From: Chiloscyllium plagiosum
Taxonomy: Eukaryota
DNA length: 41,326 nucleotides
Assembly: GCF_004010195.1 (NCBI RefSeq)
Contig: NC_057753.1
Span: 7,066,273 to 7,107,598, forward strand
Reading direction: 5' to 3'
Below are positions 20,950 to 33,600 of this stretch, piece by piece. The first letter of the stretch is position 1, and every line of letters begins with the position of its first letter. Below the pieces are notes generated by a model that saw only the letters and a list, made by a program, of their open reading frames with translations, was not told the DNA's origin and did no database searches. The translations under genes and the position numbers were made by a program.

Positions 20950-23779
20950 TCAATCTAACGTGGCTACAACCCTGGCCTAATAGGATGTTCAATGAGTATT
21001 TTACTGTCGATCTCAGCCTCAGGTTCTCACGTGCGGTTCTCCAATCCAGGAGGTAAATAAAATCAGGAATAAAATCAGAGCAAAATGCAGCTTGGAGACA
21101 ATCACGGAACCTTCCAACTCTTTAGAGACTGCAAAGGCTTTTCCTTAAAACTAAAGATGAGGATTTTTTTAAAAGTCTAGAAAACCTGTCTGTGAGAGTT
21201 GGCCGCATCCAGCTACTTCCATTCTTCCAATCTTTAAAAAAATCCCAAGCTGTTTCTTAGAGACAGCTCTGTACCTCTGACTTACAATCACTCTTCAGAA
21301 AATGACAAAATCTCCGCATTGTCAAGTCACCTTCCTGAGAAAAGGCCATCAACATCCAAAGATGCCTTCATGTTTTACAAACTTACCCGTACATAAGAAT
21401 ACATACACATTGCGTTAACTGCAAGCATGCACAAAGACCTATGTCAGTCCGTTTAGTCCCGCCATTGAATGTCTCCATCTTTCTTGACTAAAGTCGCAAC
21501 AACACGTCAGCAATTTCGTTTTATCATCCTGCCACGTGTACAACCTTCAAATTGAATCAATGAAATAATAACCTCTAATGAGAAAGTCTGAAACTTTTAC
21601 CATTAAATTTTCCTTTCAGCAAAGAGAAGGTGAGGACTGCAGGTGCTGCAGAGTCAGATTCAGAGTCGAAAAGGCGCGGAAAAAAAACATAGTAAGTCAG
21701 GAAGCATCCATGGAGCAGGAGAGTCAACGTTTCGTGCACAAGCCCTTCGCCAAGGGTTGAAAGATAAATAGGGTTTGCGGGAACGGTAAGTGGGAAGGCG
21801 ATAGGTGTGGATAATGTTGATCGGTGAGAAGGGAGGGTGGACCAGATAAGTGGGAAGGAAGATGGGCAAGTAGGACAGGTCAAGAGGGCAGTTCTGAGTT
21901 GGAAGATTGGATCTGTGATGAGATGGGGGAGGGGAGATTTGTAAATTAGTGAAGTCGATGTTGATGCTGGGTGTTCGAAAATTACTGTTGGGGCATCTCT
22001 GCATGTCCAAAAACATAGTCGAAAAACGTTACTTAGATTTTTGCATACTCAATCTTAGGCAGGTTGATCATCAAGCCTGCCTCCCGACGTCAGTCAAAAC
22101 ATTTTGAATGATGCTGCAATCTAGGACTGAAAATTACCAGGCCATCGATGTGCATCACACATTTGGATAATCCACAAACGATGTTATTAGCTAGTCTTTG
22201 AAACGTGGTGTGCAAATTTTGCATACCAAGTGGCATAACCTTAAACTGCTAAAGCCCTTTTGGTTTCACAAAAGCCACAATTCACTTTGCACTTTTAGAT
22301 GAATGTATCTGCCAGTCTTACCTGAGTAAATCGAAGTTAGAAATATGCACTGCTCGTCCCACCTTCTTAACACTGTCTTCCAAACGTGGAATAAGCCACG
22401 CTTCAGACTTTGTAACTGCTTTGCTTTGCTATTGTCCACTAAACGCCATGGTTTTTACATGGTTACAGAGAGTGAGCTATTGTTGCTGCAATTTACTTCA
22501 ATTATGTTGTTTCTGAGCAGGCTTTCAAGTTCGTTTTAGCCGGTGTCAACTATACAGAGTTATTTAGAAAAAGATGTTGCTTAATTGGAACAGAATTTCC
22601 TCCATTTACATCATGTGTAATTTGATTAGTATTTCCCAACTTATACATAAACATGTCCCAATTCGGTAGTTAAGACTCTTGCAGGTCATTTCAATTTTCC
22701 TTTGGACGGTAACTTAATATATCCCATTGTGTGAGAACTTCCTCATTGTCCAGTTTAATTTGATGAATGTCCAATTTAGAATTATCTGAACTTGGTTCTT
22801 CACTCTGTGTTGTAAAGAGTTACACATTCTCCTTTCACCTTCTTTACTATCAAAATACCTTTTGGAGCATATACACATGACGCACTCTGTGAGATTTCTT
22901 TCTCTCTGTTCTTATCAAATGATTCACCTCACGCATTCTCGTTTTGATTAGGACAAGATAGACTAAACCTTGCTTATAAAGATTCACTTACTACTGGAAA
23001 TACCACTGACACTTGATATCCATGAGCAACTTAACTTTTTAAAATGTATTTTCTCAATCCTTTTTCATCACATGTTGTGTTATTTTAAAATTCCTTCAAA
23101 TCAACACACCATCTGTATTTAACATTTCTGTAATGTCTGACACATAGTCCAAATACGTGGCCTCTGAAACTACGATTTTCTGCTAAATTAGTTTCAGTGT
23201 TCCTCTCACTTCATTACGAAAAACCAGTTCAAAGGGCAATCAATACTGAGGAGTATATATTTGGTTCATTCATTTGGTGCATCCCTAATTGCAAAAGTGC
23301 AAATTGGATCCACGTATTCAAATTCTCTAAAGATTCTTGACTACAAGTCATCAACATGATCTTTAAAGTTCCATGCCAAGGTTTTAGTGATCCTTGTGAT
23401 TCTGGATGGTACACAGTGTGTTTGAATTATATTATTTATCAGCTATCTCCAACTTCCATGAATAATTTAAAAGTACAATCAGATTATGTCTCTCTGGATA
23501 GAACGGATCTGAGGAAAAATTGAAACAAAACTCCATCACAATCATTTTTAGTTGTGAATTTGCTTCTTCGAATGGCCTCAGAAATCTACGTTCAGTTACG
23601 AATGATTCCCACTTTTCATGTAACAATAGTGTTTCACACAATAAATTCATATAATTGAAAAACGCACCCTCAAGCGCAGGAAGAGTTATTAAAGGGTTTG
23701 GCTTTATCATTGACTGATGTTTTCCACATACCTGACACGATTGATATATATGGTAAAATCCAGTACATTCTCATGCAAT
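20950..23779 (-). mobile_element. Degenerate Gmr1-type Gypsy LTR retrotransposon B (IN-RT-RH plus probable 3' LTR)
   Basis: Integrase CQVCGK..PLITLP (~23740-23670), YHPESQG (~23410) and GPY/F-like region (~22970). RT segments are IPRLEDSVKKVG (~22390) and VMPLGM..TFQRL (~22230); the RNase H end HVAG..NEIADVL is at ~21520. PPT-like CTCAGGAAGG|TG at ~21330; the LTR left boundary is uncertain. Confidence 0.85.
21622..21990 (-). mobile_element. Penelope-like element 3' end inserted in Gypsy B
   Basis: ORF end ...INIDFTNL, a purine-rich tract and a decayed hammerhead (rev. comp. TTGGCGAAGGGCTTGTGCACGAAACGTT). Confidence 0.75.
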
Positions 23780-24543
23780 TGTTATAACACGCAGGTGAAC
23801 TCCTCTGCTAATTAAACCAAATACCCAGAAATGCTCATCTGGCCACGTAATCTGTTAAAGCATGAGTGACAGAGAACTCCCGAATTCTACTATTTTAAGA
23901 AAATAACAGGAATTTATTTTTTAACGCGAAAAGTTAACATTAAACAGCTAGTCATAGTTCTAAGCCCCCCTTCTCTTAATTGCTCATTGTCTGCCTCCAA
24001 ATCTATAAGAATATGCAGTTCAAATAGAAACATATTAAAAATACATCAAATTAATTTCAAAACCACATAGCCGCTGTTGTCGAATATGATATCACTCTTC
24101 CGGCTTTTGAATTCCCTTGGATATCTTTTTTTTAATGTGAGCATTTTTCATATGGAAAGGTACTTTAATAGACAGCGTGTCCTAATTACTTGGATCTGTT
24201 TCGATGGCAGTTGCTCTCTCCAATTTTAAAAATGTCCAAATTTTATTATCCCCAACTTTGGATCGTCTCATTGGTTCAATGATGGCAAAGCTACAAATTC
24301 ATACTCGATTGGGCTTTAGTATCCTGGATCATAATTTAAACTGAATGGTTTAATTATAATTGTTGTCGAAATGGGAAACCAATACTGCGGTCTCCATTTC
24401 ACAGCTAAATATTACATATTTTCAATTTTCCATTACACTCTAGGACATCCATCAATTTATATGCATAGGTAAGTACAAGCTCTCAGTCAGAACAGCATTC
24501 ACTCTCTCTTACAGGTACAGTGCATACCTTCAACTTCATAACA
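23780..24543 (-). repeat. 3' LTR of Gypsy element A
   Basis: Terminal inverted repeats TGTTAT (23780) and ATAACA (24538-24543), with polypurine tract AAGGGGAGG directly upstream on the minus strand. Confidence 0.8.
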
Positions 24544-26399
24544 CCTCCCCTTAAGAAAAGATGAACCATCATAATGAAAAGATTGCGTCTATTTTTTTCT
24601 AATTCTTAACTCCATTACACTGAAATACATAGGTCATTGACCTTAGTTATACTTCCATATTAAGTTCTGCCCTCATGTGCATAAATTTGGAATCTGTCAG
24701 ATCTTGTTTATACTCTTTCCTTTTAATTTGCAGTAACGCGTCTGCTATCACATGTTTATGACCCGCAAAGTAGTAGAATTTATAAATTAAAAGTCTGTAA
24801 AAAAACAGTCCAATGAAATTGTCTCATATTTTTATCATTAAATCTTTCCAAGAATGTAAGAATATCATGGTCCCAACTGTCACAGTCACATTGTTCGTCA
24901 CATAAACGTTAGAATGTTGTGAGGCAGTACCAAACTCAAATATTCTTAACGGATGGTAGATTATATTTTGATGGGTGTTCAATTTCTCCACATCACTGTC
25001 GCTGATTTCAACATTGAAGTGTTTCAATAAGTTTGGTGTAGCTCAAACTGGTGTGGTGGCTGGTACTGCTTTTAAATTCTCAAATACCTCCTGGCATTGT
25101 TCAGTCCAACAAAATTTAGCAGTGCCAACTAAATATATTATTTAGCAGTGCCAACAAGCTGCTACGTTTGGAACAAATTTCCGGTAGAATTGGCTTAGTC
25201 CCAAAGATTGAAGCATCTTTTTCTACTAGGAAGGTTGTGGAAACTCGTCGATGGTTTTTGTCTTCGTGTTCCTTGAGGTCAACCTTCCATGATTGATGTT
25301 ATGTCCCAAAGACGTCACTACTGCCTTTGCTAATTCTGCTTTCTTTAAGGTTATTACCAGTTTGCTTCTCGTAATCGTTCAAGAACCTTTGCAAACTGTA
25401 TTATGTGATTTTTCCAAGACTCACTAAAGATCATTACACATCCAGATAAACAGCAAAACTTTATATCCGGCCACAATTCCGTTCATGACTCTTTGGAATG
25501 TGGCTGATACATTCTTCATTCCAAAGGGCATTACTTCGAATTCATTTATCCCATTTGGGGTTACAAACGGAGAAATTTCTTTTGCCATCGCTGATAAAGG
25601 TACGTGTCAATAACCACGCGAATAGTCCAACTTGGTGATGTAACTGGTTTGTCCAACTTCCTCTGTGCAGTCCTTCAATCTTGGCATCGGGTATGAGTCC
25701 GACTTTGTTGCAGTGTTCAACTTTCGATACTCCATATAAAATCGTTGAGTCGCATCAGATTTGGGAACTAACACAAACAGAGAATTCCACTCACTCTCAA
25801 TCGATTCGATGATACCTTAAATGATCATCGCATTCACTTCATTCTGGACCTGTATGGATTGGAACGAATGAAATCTGTAGGGGTGTTTTTATTTTTCATC
25901 GGAATAGCATTCCCTTCTTCCACCTCATGCATAATAGCATTACTCCTTCCCATCTTATTTCTGGAATTATCCTCGTACTGCTGCAACGAACCTTTCAGCT
26001 GTGTTCTTTATTCCTGAGACAGAGTTCACTAATCTAAACCCATTTCTCAAGGACTTGGTTATGATTTAACGCATTTAGAGACACACTAAACACCACAACA
26101 TCTGAATTTGATTTGATTCCTCACACTGCGGGACAGTAACTGACACCTATTTCTCCCGTTCATGTCTCTATTATAATAAGGTTTCAACATTTTTGCATGA
26201 CTTACGCGATACAGTTTTGTTTTCTATCTGACATCTTTACCAGATAGTTTACCTGACATAAGTTCTTCATCAATTTGATAGAGATTACTAAACGTGGCTT
26301 TTAAAGGATCTCTCTCCATTGGTAACAATGTTGTCTCCCCGGGAAAAAAAGTCGGAATTTAGAGTTTTTAATCTGCCACCTGCTTCCTACCATTTTGCT

Positions 26400-26535
26400 C
26401 TCTCTTCTGGTGTTTTTCAGATATCTCTCGTACCGGGGTGAATTTCTCCCTCTCCTGATGAAGAGTTCATGCTTGAAAAGTCGATTCTGCTGCTCCTCAG
26501 ATGCTGTGCTTTGCCAGGACAACACGTTTTGACCC
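26400..26535 (+). mobile_element. Penelope-like terminal repeat fragment at the integrase deletion of Gypsy A
   Basis: CTGATGAAGAGTTCATGCTTGAAAAGTC at 26455 followed by the family tail. Confidence 0.7.
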
Positions 26536-27584
26536 TCTAATGACTCGGTTTATAATTTTCCACTAACGTTTCAATGATACTCGGCATCACTTCCACCAGA
26601 TGTACAGGTATATCATTACCAACGACAATTTCTACTCCTGGAACCGAGAGTCTCTCAGGTAATGCTACCAAAATTTCTTCACTTTCCTTGGAATCTCCAA
26701 CATCATTTCATAAAATGGCACACGTTTTATCTCACGGTGAATTCCATGCATTATCATTTTCTGTGGAAATATACCATAGCAAATGCAAATGTCGCCCTTT
26801 CTCAGCTTCTTAGATTGACATGCTCCTGCATCTCTTAAAATTTAAATTAAATTGTCTGCTCATTTTTGCATATATGAGTGAGCCTTACCTTTGCAAGAAG
26901 TTATGTAAAGAGATTTGCGACGTTCTTATCAAAGAGCCCTTGGCAGATTTGTACATCCTCACGCAGCTTTTTAGTTTCCAATGAACTTTCCTTCTAAAAT
27001 TTAACAGAACTCACTGACTTATGCTTCTTTCCCACATTCGTTTTCCCAGTGCGTTTATAGACTACTAATAGTACAATTTCATGTGATCAATTTTATTGAA
27101 GTGAAAAGCTGAGCTTATTAAGACCTCTATTTGGCTCATGGGTTTCCCTGTTCACCTGCATTAAACTACCTTTACCATCTTCAATGAGATCACTTTTCCC
27201 ATTAGCACCTGAGGATTTGACTTTCATCCAATTTCTAGCCTTCACAGATGGAAATTTATATCAGAAGTCAGACTTTGATTTACGAAGCATCTCGTTATCA
27301 TTGGACATTTCAGCTGCGAATCTTGCAAGATTTTTCTAATCCTTTCAAACTCGGTGCACGTTTGACCATGGTTTATCCTGACATTCGTGAATTGTTGTCT
27401 ATAGGCGCCTGGCACTATGTCATGTGCACCTAAAATGGCTTTCTGCATCTCCTTAAACTTTCCACAGTGTTCTTTAATCAAGATTCAAATACCTCATTAG
27501 CTCAACTCAGCAAATTTGTTTAGATCGACAATACTCACATGGACAACTGCCATTTCATTTCCAAAAGAGAAAATGCTGTAAAAT

Positions 27585-27720
27585 CTTTGACAAGGGGCCA
27601 GTTAGACTCGAAACGTCAGCTCTTTTCTCTCCTTACAGATGCTGCCAGACCTGCTGAGATTTTCCACCATTTTCTCTTTTCGTTTCAGATTCCATCAGCC
27701 GCAATAATTTGCTTTTTTGC
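27585..27720 (+). mobile_element. Penelope-like terminal repeat fragment inserted in gag
   Basis: ttgacaaggggccagttagactcgaaacgtcagctc...gatgctgccagacctgctgagattttcc. Confidence 0.65.
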
Positions 27721-29024
27721 CATTTCATTTCATCTGTTTATCCACTTTCTAAAATGAAATAGCCAAGACTTCAACATCCTTCTCTTTGATCTTAGCCAAT
27801 GCTTGGACATATTTAAACAAATTCCTAGCGGGCCTTTGCCTACGTCATCACAATTATCCTCACCAAGACGAATTTTTAACATCACCTCCGTTCATTCAAG
27901 ACGACTTTCTTCTCTATTTGCCAACTTGTGAATTTGAGACTTCGTCCATCTTTCTGTTTTTGTTCCCTCCTTTTCTGACTTTCTTCTGATAGAGCTATAT
28001 AGCTTTTTCTTTTTCTCCCACTAACACTATTTCTTTCTTTTGTTTTACCTCTAATTAATGTTACTTTCTGAATTTTAGCCATTCCTAAATATTCTCAATG
28101 CATTTCCAGGAATCTCAACCTTTGAGCTATTTTTGCCATTATCTCTCCCTTCCATGCGGAAGAAGTTGACAAAGACCTGCCATTTCCAAAACCTTTGCCT
28201 TTCGCACTTTGTGTAAAACTTCCAACGTTATTTCTTCCAACCCCAGAAAACTATTAGTGACTGAAAGGACCATTACCACAAAAGTCAAATCCTTAAATGA
28301 GGATGATAGCAATTCAGTGCTGGTGAACCACAGAAAATCCATCTTTTTTTTCTGAGCAAGTCAGTTTCACCGTGCTTTTGTTGACAAATTCTATGCTTGT
28401 TCATTACCAGTGTGTCATACCAGAAGTATTACGCAGACAACTTCACAAACCCTGCATATATCGTAACAGAAGCAGGAAATATCCTGAAGCTGCAGAATTG
28501 TTTGCTCGATCCATGTATGTATGCAGCAACCCAGCTAAAATTCTGATATTTGCTGAAAAATATGGTGAAATCCATATGGAAACAAAGCCTCAAACTATCT
28601 TTAAAGAAAAGAATAAACAAAGAAAATCTACGTTGGCATTTGAACAATTTAGCTGAGTTTCCATTTCACTTATTTCTAAAACAATAACTGTTCCGTAGAC
28701 TCCGATACCGTATATGTAATAAAATTAAGCTTTTAACGTATATTGCTTAGCTTTGGTATGTTACAATTCATTCTGCATTACATTCTTTTCCTTATGAAGT
28801 TTTTGTTGTTGTTGTGATAAATAACATATTCTGTCAAAGGGAACAAATTTCATGACTTAATGGACCATGGAAGAGATATCCGACCTATCATTTAAAAGGA
28901 AAAGAATCCCTAAGAGAAACAGGGATGCAACGCGACAGCTTTGTTTTTTTTTTAAATTTCGACAGAAAGTAATCATAGATTCATATTTTGCTTGAAAACT
29001 CAAGTAACATTTGTGGTTGTATGT

Positions 29025-29835
29025 GTGAGAATAAATATTTATTTGTTTTAAATTATTAACTACGCTGACGTTTGAAGCTTTTGGCAATGTCAAAAGACAG
29101 AATAGATCTGCAGCTTGGAGATAGCGTCTCAGCTCTTCTTCTCCACAGAGAGTCAAAGACCCCCTCCTATCACAAAGCGTCATCCGAGGAACTCACACGT
29201 ACGAGACTGAAACCATTGGAGCCTGCAAGCATTTCATCAGAAACCCAGAGAAAATTCAGAAACAAGCTGAAGAATGTGTTGAAATCTCCATGGAGACAAA
29301 TCTGGAGGAGACCAGCTAATGAAAATGTGGACAACAATTATCTGCTCTTTTCAAAAGACTCCTTGATGATGAATCTTGGTTTCGCCTCTTTTTCGACCAT
29401 CCTTTTTTCTTTGGAATGTAAAAAATAATAACGTTGTGATTTGCGTGCACATGCGTTATAAATTGTATTGAATATTGGTTGTTTTTTTACGTTATCTTAA
29501 TTAAGTTTTATTTTAATGTACAGATAGAAAATCCTTTCCAAGTTAACATTTTTAGTCTCAGGAAACCATGCTTCAGAAAAGCGACGGGTTTCAGGAGTGA
29601 AATATAGCAAACACATAGAAAGATTCATTGAATGCTAAAATTAAAACCACCAGTTTAAAATCATAACAAAAAAAAAATCAAAGCTTTTACAGTTAAAAGT
29701 GTGTACACTTGAGAACATTTAATTGATTATGGGAGCATGGTTATCTCGCACAATAGCATTTAGAAACATCATGCTGAGTAATACGATACGGGGTATGCAC
29801 ACCTGCTTAGTTCTAAACAGCAACACAGAAAAAAT
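29025..29835 (+). repeat. Diverged ~0.8-kb tandem duplication, copy a (contains terminal-exon-like 29149-29319)
   Basis: Collinear with 30300-31080 (ggcaatgt..aagacagaata.atctgcag; tcagaaa.cc.gagaaaa.tcagaaa; tttaaaatcataa). Confidence 0.85.
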
Positions 29836-29859
29836 CATGCCGTGCAGTAATATTTAAAA

Positions 29860-30240
29860 ATTCGAGAGGCAAAGAACCATTTAAAGTATGTATTAACAAT
29901 TTTATTTATTAAAGTTTAACAGGAAATCATCAACAAACAATTATTTACAACTCCTTCCTCTAACATATATTTTACCTTACCCTTATACAATACTAGTACT
30001 AAAAAAACTCCGAATAAGAGTTACAAAACAAAACTTCTTATTTGAAAACCAGGCAGCTTTCTGTTCTTCTCTGTATTCCTTTCTTCTTGTCTCCTTCTTG
30101 GGGATTCTGCTTGACAGGTTACTGATACATAAAGAAACTATTAAGAGAGCTATTCTCTAGGCAGCTCGCAGGTCTCCTCCAAATTTTCAATTTTCCCCAC
30201 TCTTATATCCCAAAAGAATCGGATTGTGTCATTGGCTTTT
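29860..30240 (-). repeat. Partial LTR related to the Gypsy A LTR
   Basis: ctccaaattttcaa...tatcccaaaagaatcggattgtgtcattgg resembles ctccaattttaaaa...tatccccaactttggatcgtctcattgg at ~24220-24275. Confidence 0.55.
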
Positions 30241-30299
30241 GAAAAGAACGATTCCACACTGTCTGAGCTGAGCTCTCTCAACAAGGAAAGTGATAGACT

Positions 30300-31080
30300 G
30301 AGGCAAAATATTTATTGGTTATAAATTATAAGCAAAGCTGATGCTTGGAACTTTGTTGGCAATGTGAGAAGACAGAATAAATCTGCAGTTTGGAGACAGA
30401 AAATCAGGATTTATTCTTCACAGATATTCTTCAAGTTTCACAGAACATCATTCGACGAGACCGCTCTGAGGAGCTGCCACACAGACCAGACTGAAACGGC
30501 TGGTGTTTAATCAGAAATCCTGAGAAAACTCAGAAAAGAGCTGATGAATGTGTTGAGACCGCTACGGAGACATATCTGGAGACAAGTTAATAAAAATGCA
30601 AAAAAAAACTTTTTTTAACAAAAGACTCATTTGTGATTAATCTTACTTTCAATTCTTTTGTTATCATTCTTGCTTCGTGGGAATATAAAAAAGTGGTGTG
30701 TTTTGCGTGTACATTCCTCAGATTGGCGATTGGACTTTTGCTGCGAGTTACTTTCTGTTACTTATGTTGTCTTTTAAATTGTACGGGCAGCATATCACTT
30801 CAAAGGTAACATTTTCTGTCTCAGAAAGCAATGCGTAAAAAAAATAAAATGGGCTTAAGCAGTGACATCTGACACATGCATAGAATAATTCATTGCAGAT
30901 ACCAAAATCAAATTTGCCACTTTAAAATCATAATAAAAATAACTGAAGCTTTTACTGTCACAAACGTGGATACACTCCAGGGTATTTTACTTGAATATGT
31001 GATATGATTATCCTTCAAAATAATGTAGTGAAACTTCAGGCTGGTTAAGTTCTAACAGGCAGAATGTTGAAAAAATATTT
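30300..31080 (+). repeat. Diverged ~0.8-kb tandem duplication, copy b (contains terminal-exon-like 30424-30590)
   Basis: Paralogous to 29025-29835. Confidence 0.85.
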
Positions 31081-31224
31081 TCTCCTGATGCCGCTTATGA
31101 TATGATACTGAATAACGCATAGTTTATTGGCAGGAAGGAACAGGATTTTGTTCTATTTCATTGATAGTGCAGACAGTCGTGATGACTAAACAATTAGTGA
31201 AAAGTTCATTCAAGAAAGTACATT

Positions 31225-31500
31225 TATAGAAACACCAAAAGTAAGAGCAGGAATAGGATGTTCAGCCCATCAGGACTACTCCACATTCAATATATTCATT
31301 GTTGACCATCTATCTCAGTACCCTTTACTGCTTTCTCCGTGTAACATTTGAGGTCTGGAGCTCTCAGAAATATGCAGAGCTAGATTTAAAAAAAATATTT
31401 AATGTTATTGGCTTATCCATTTTCTGCAACAGTAACTCCTCAGGCTCACCAGACTCTTACTGAAGAACCTTCCCCTTATTCATGTCCTAAATGTCTTCGG
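31225..31500 (-). mobile_element. Old CR1 3' end fragment
   Basis: atagaaac...gagcaggaatagg..ttcagcccatc is a typical CR1 3' terminus in reverse. Confidence 0.55.
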
Positions 31501-31859
31501 CCATGCTCTTGCAAAGTGACCAATGGTTCGATGTCACAGTTACGTAGTGAGAAATCTAATTCAGCGTATTTTGTTCTCACTCATAAAACAATATTTTCTG
31601 TTCTAAATCTAAATATTAAATGTTCTGTTCAATGAGTGCATGACAGTGCCTAAAACTGAAATGTGATTTGCTGTGTTCTGTGAAACTGCTGCAGTTCTTG
31701 TGGGAACTGCAAATGTGCTTTTTCGTGTGTTCGTGACTGGTGAAGGGCAATTATGGTTGCTTATGCACCTTTACGCAAGCAGAAGTAATGAACAGCACAC
31801 GTTTGCTGTCAGTGGTGAAAGCACTGCGCGGCGCCTTCCGATCCACCTCGAGCATATCT

Positions 31860-32053
31860 TACTCTAACATTTCTTAAAGACATTTCACGTGTCGGTCTTT
31901 AAACCTAAATGCAGTGCTATCTCTATTTTTCAGTCTGTCTGAGCACCCTATGCACCACATGCCTTTGCTCACTGTAATCTTGCTGTACAACTTACAAACA
32001 AATACTTTTGTTGTAGTTAAGTACGCGTGACAACAATAAATCAAAATAAATCA
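31860..32053 (+). mobile_element. LINE 3' UTR fragment similar to the Rex1-like element end at 36780-36945
   Basis: caccctatg...acaaatacttttgttgtagttaagtacgcgtgacaacaataaatcaaaataaatca. Confidence 0.5.
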
Positions 32054-32724
32054 GTTAATTTTTATCTTGCAGAATAATTTATATCGGTCCTGAAAAATTC
32101 CGAACTTATGATGTAAGATTTAGAATTTGCAGCTCACTTTTGTTTTGGATACTTCATAGTCTGTGTGTACTAAAGTGTCAGTCTCCCACCTTTTCATTTT
32201 TGATAATGTTTTTCTCAATAAATGAACCAAGTCATTAAAAGTCGTCGTGCACTTTAATTAACCGCACGATTTAAAACTAAATTTGATTTGAATGGAATTG
32301 GGGAGAATTTGAGACAATAGTGAACGAAATTGCGAAGATTGAGTGTTGGTGTCACTTAAAAAAAAACAGAATTATTCTCATATGTTCCGTGAAACATGCT
32401 GTTTCATTTAACCACAACCATAACAGTGATCCACTTTGCAAAAGTCGAGCATTGGAAAATTCATGGGAAGAATTGTGAAAATTATGATGCACATTAAACT
32501 AACGTCAAGTATTTATTTGGTGCATAATTTACCACATTATCAGCTTACTCCGTCCTAAATGAAGAGGTTTTATTATTCGAACGCAAAAGTAATAATAACC
32601 CTTCATATGGAGGTAGACATGTAGACGGTGATCAAACAAATTCCTGAGTAATTTGCTTTAGGGTAAATTGAGAGACCGGTTGACATGAATTTGGAGAAGC
32701 AAGAACTGCTTTGTAACAGTCAAC

Positions 32725-33240
32725 ATAGGGGGAAATGAAGTCTCACAAATTTGATTGAATTTTTGACAAGGTGACTCAAAAGATACATGAAAGCAGGGCG
32801 TTAGGCACATGGACTTTCATAAAGTCTTTGACAATGTATCTAATGTTTGGCTTCTCTGTAATGTTAGATTATGTAGAATCCTTGAAGAGCTTGAGAATTG
32901 GATAGAATGTTGTTGGGACGGAAGAAGACAGAGAAGTGCCATGATAGCGAATTGTTTGTCAGAATGGGGGCCTGTGATCAGCCACAGATAAATTGGGTGA
33001 ATCTAATGTTTCTTGTGATTTGTATAGACGATTAGGATGTGAATTTAGGAGACATAGTTAATATGTTTGTGGATGATACCATAATTGGTAGTATAGTCCA
33101 CAGTGAACAAGATTATGTAAGAGTACAAATCGATCGTGATCAATGAAGCCAATTGCCAGGCAAGTGGTAGATGGGGATTAGTTTGGATGAATATGCTGTC
33201 GTGCATTTTGGTACAACAAACAATGACTGGACCTTGCACA
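32725..33240 (+). mobile_element. Old CR1 RT fragment
   Basis: NLIEFF..VT, MDFHKVFDNV, WIECCWDGRRQR and FVDDTIIG motifs. Confidence 0.8.
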
Positions 33241-33324
33241 GTGTTATTGAACATAGAGATGTGGGTGTTCAGGAAGATCGTTTTTAGAAAATTGCATCTC
33301 AGCTGGGTAGGCTGGTTCAGAGTG

Positions 33325-33600
33325 TCAACAGGCATGAGGTTGGAAGAGCAGAGCAAGCCAGGGAGCATCAGAAGGTGAAGAACTCAACTTTTGGGATTCA
33401 ACCCTTCTTCAAGACGGGAGTGGGTGGAAGGTGAGTTGCAAATAAAGGTGGGAGTGGTGGGAGGTAGTATGAGGCAGGGATAGTTCAACACAGACAGTAC
33501 CTCCGGCCTTTTTGGTAAATGGGAGGAATGACTCCGGTGGTAGCTGGAAGGAAGTGTCGATACAAGGTATGGAAGGGAGGAGGAGGGAATGCAAACTCAG
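33325..33600 (-). mobile_element. Penelope-like element 3' end fragment
   Basis: gcagagcaagccagggagcatcagaagg...acccttcttcaag followed by a purine-rich tract, as at 21690-21900. Confidence 0.6.

Larger units (their letters stand above)
24544..28340 (-). mobile_element. Degenerate Gmr1-type Gypsy LTR retrotransposon A internal region (gag-PR-IN remnant-RT-RH)
   Basis: gag AILGAHDIVPGAYRQQF (~27400); protease ILRDAGACQS (~26830); integrase C-terminus VNYLV..MLKPY (~26250-26180). RT LVPKSD..YRKLN..DSYPMPRL..VMPFGMKN..TFQR (~25780-25490); RNase H end VIADAL (~24745). Confidence 0.9.

Noticed and set aside
22321..22450. Apparent minus-strand first exon with ATG and CAG|GTAAGA donor
   Set aside because: It translates as Gypsy RT (IPRLEDSVKKVG...DLLR) and is part of element B.
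29072..29428. ORF segment TQRKFRNKLKNVLKSPW resembling GPCR helix 8
   Set aside because: There is no TM7 upstream. Differences from the duplicate are non-synonymous in this frame but synonymous in the NPEK frame.
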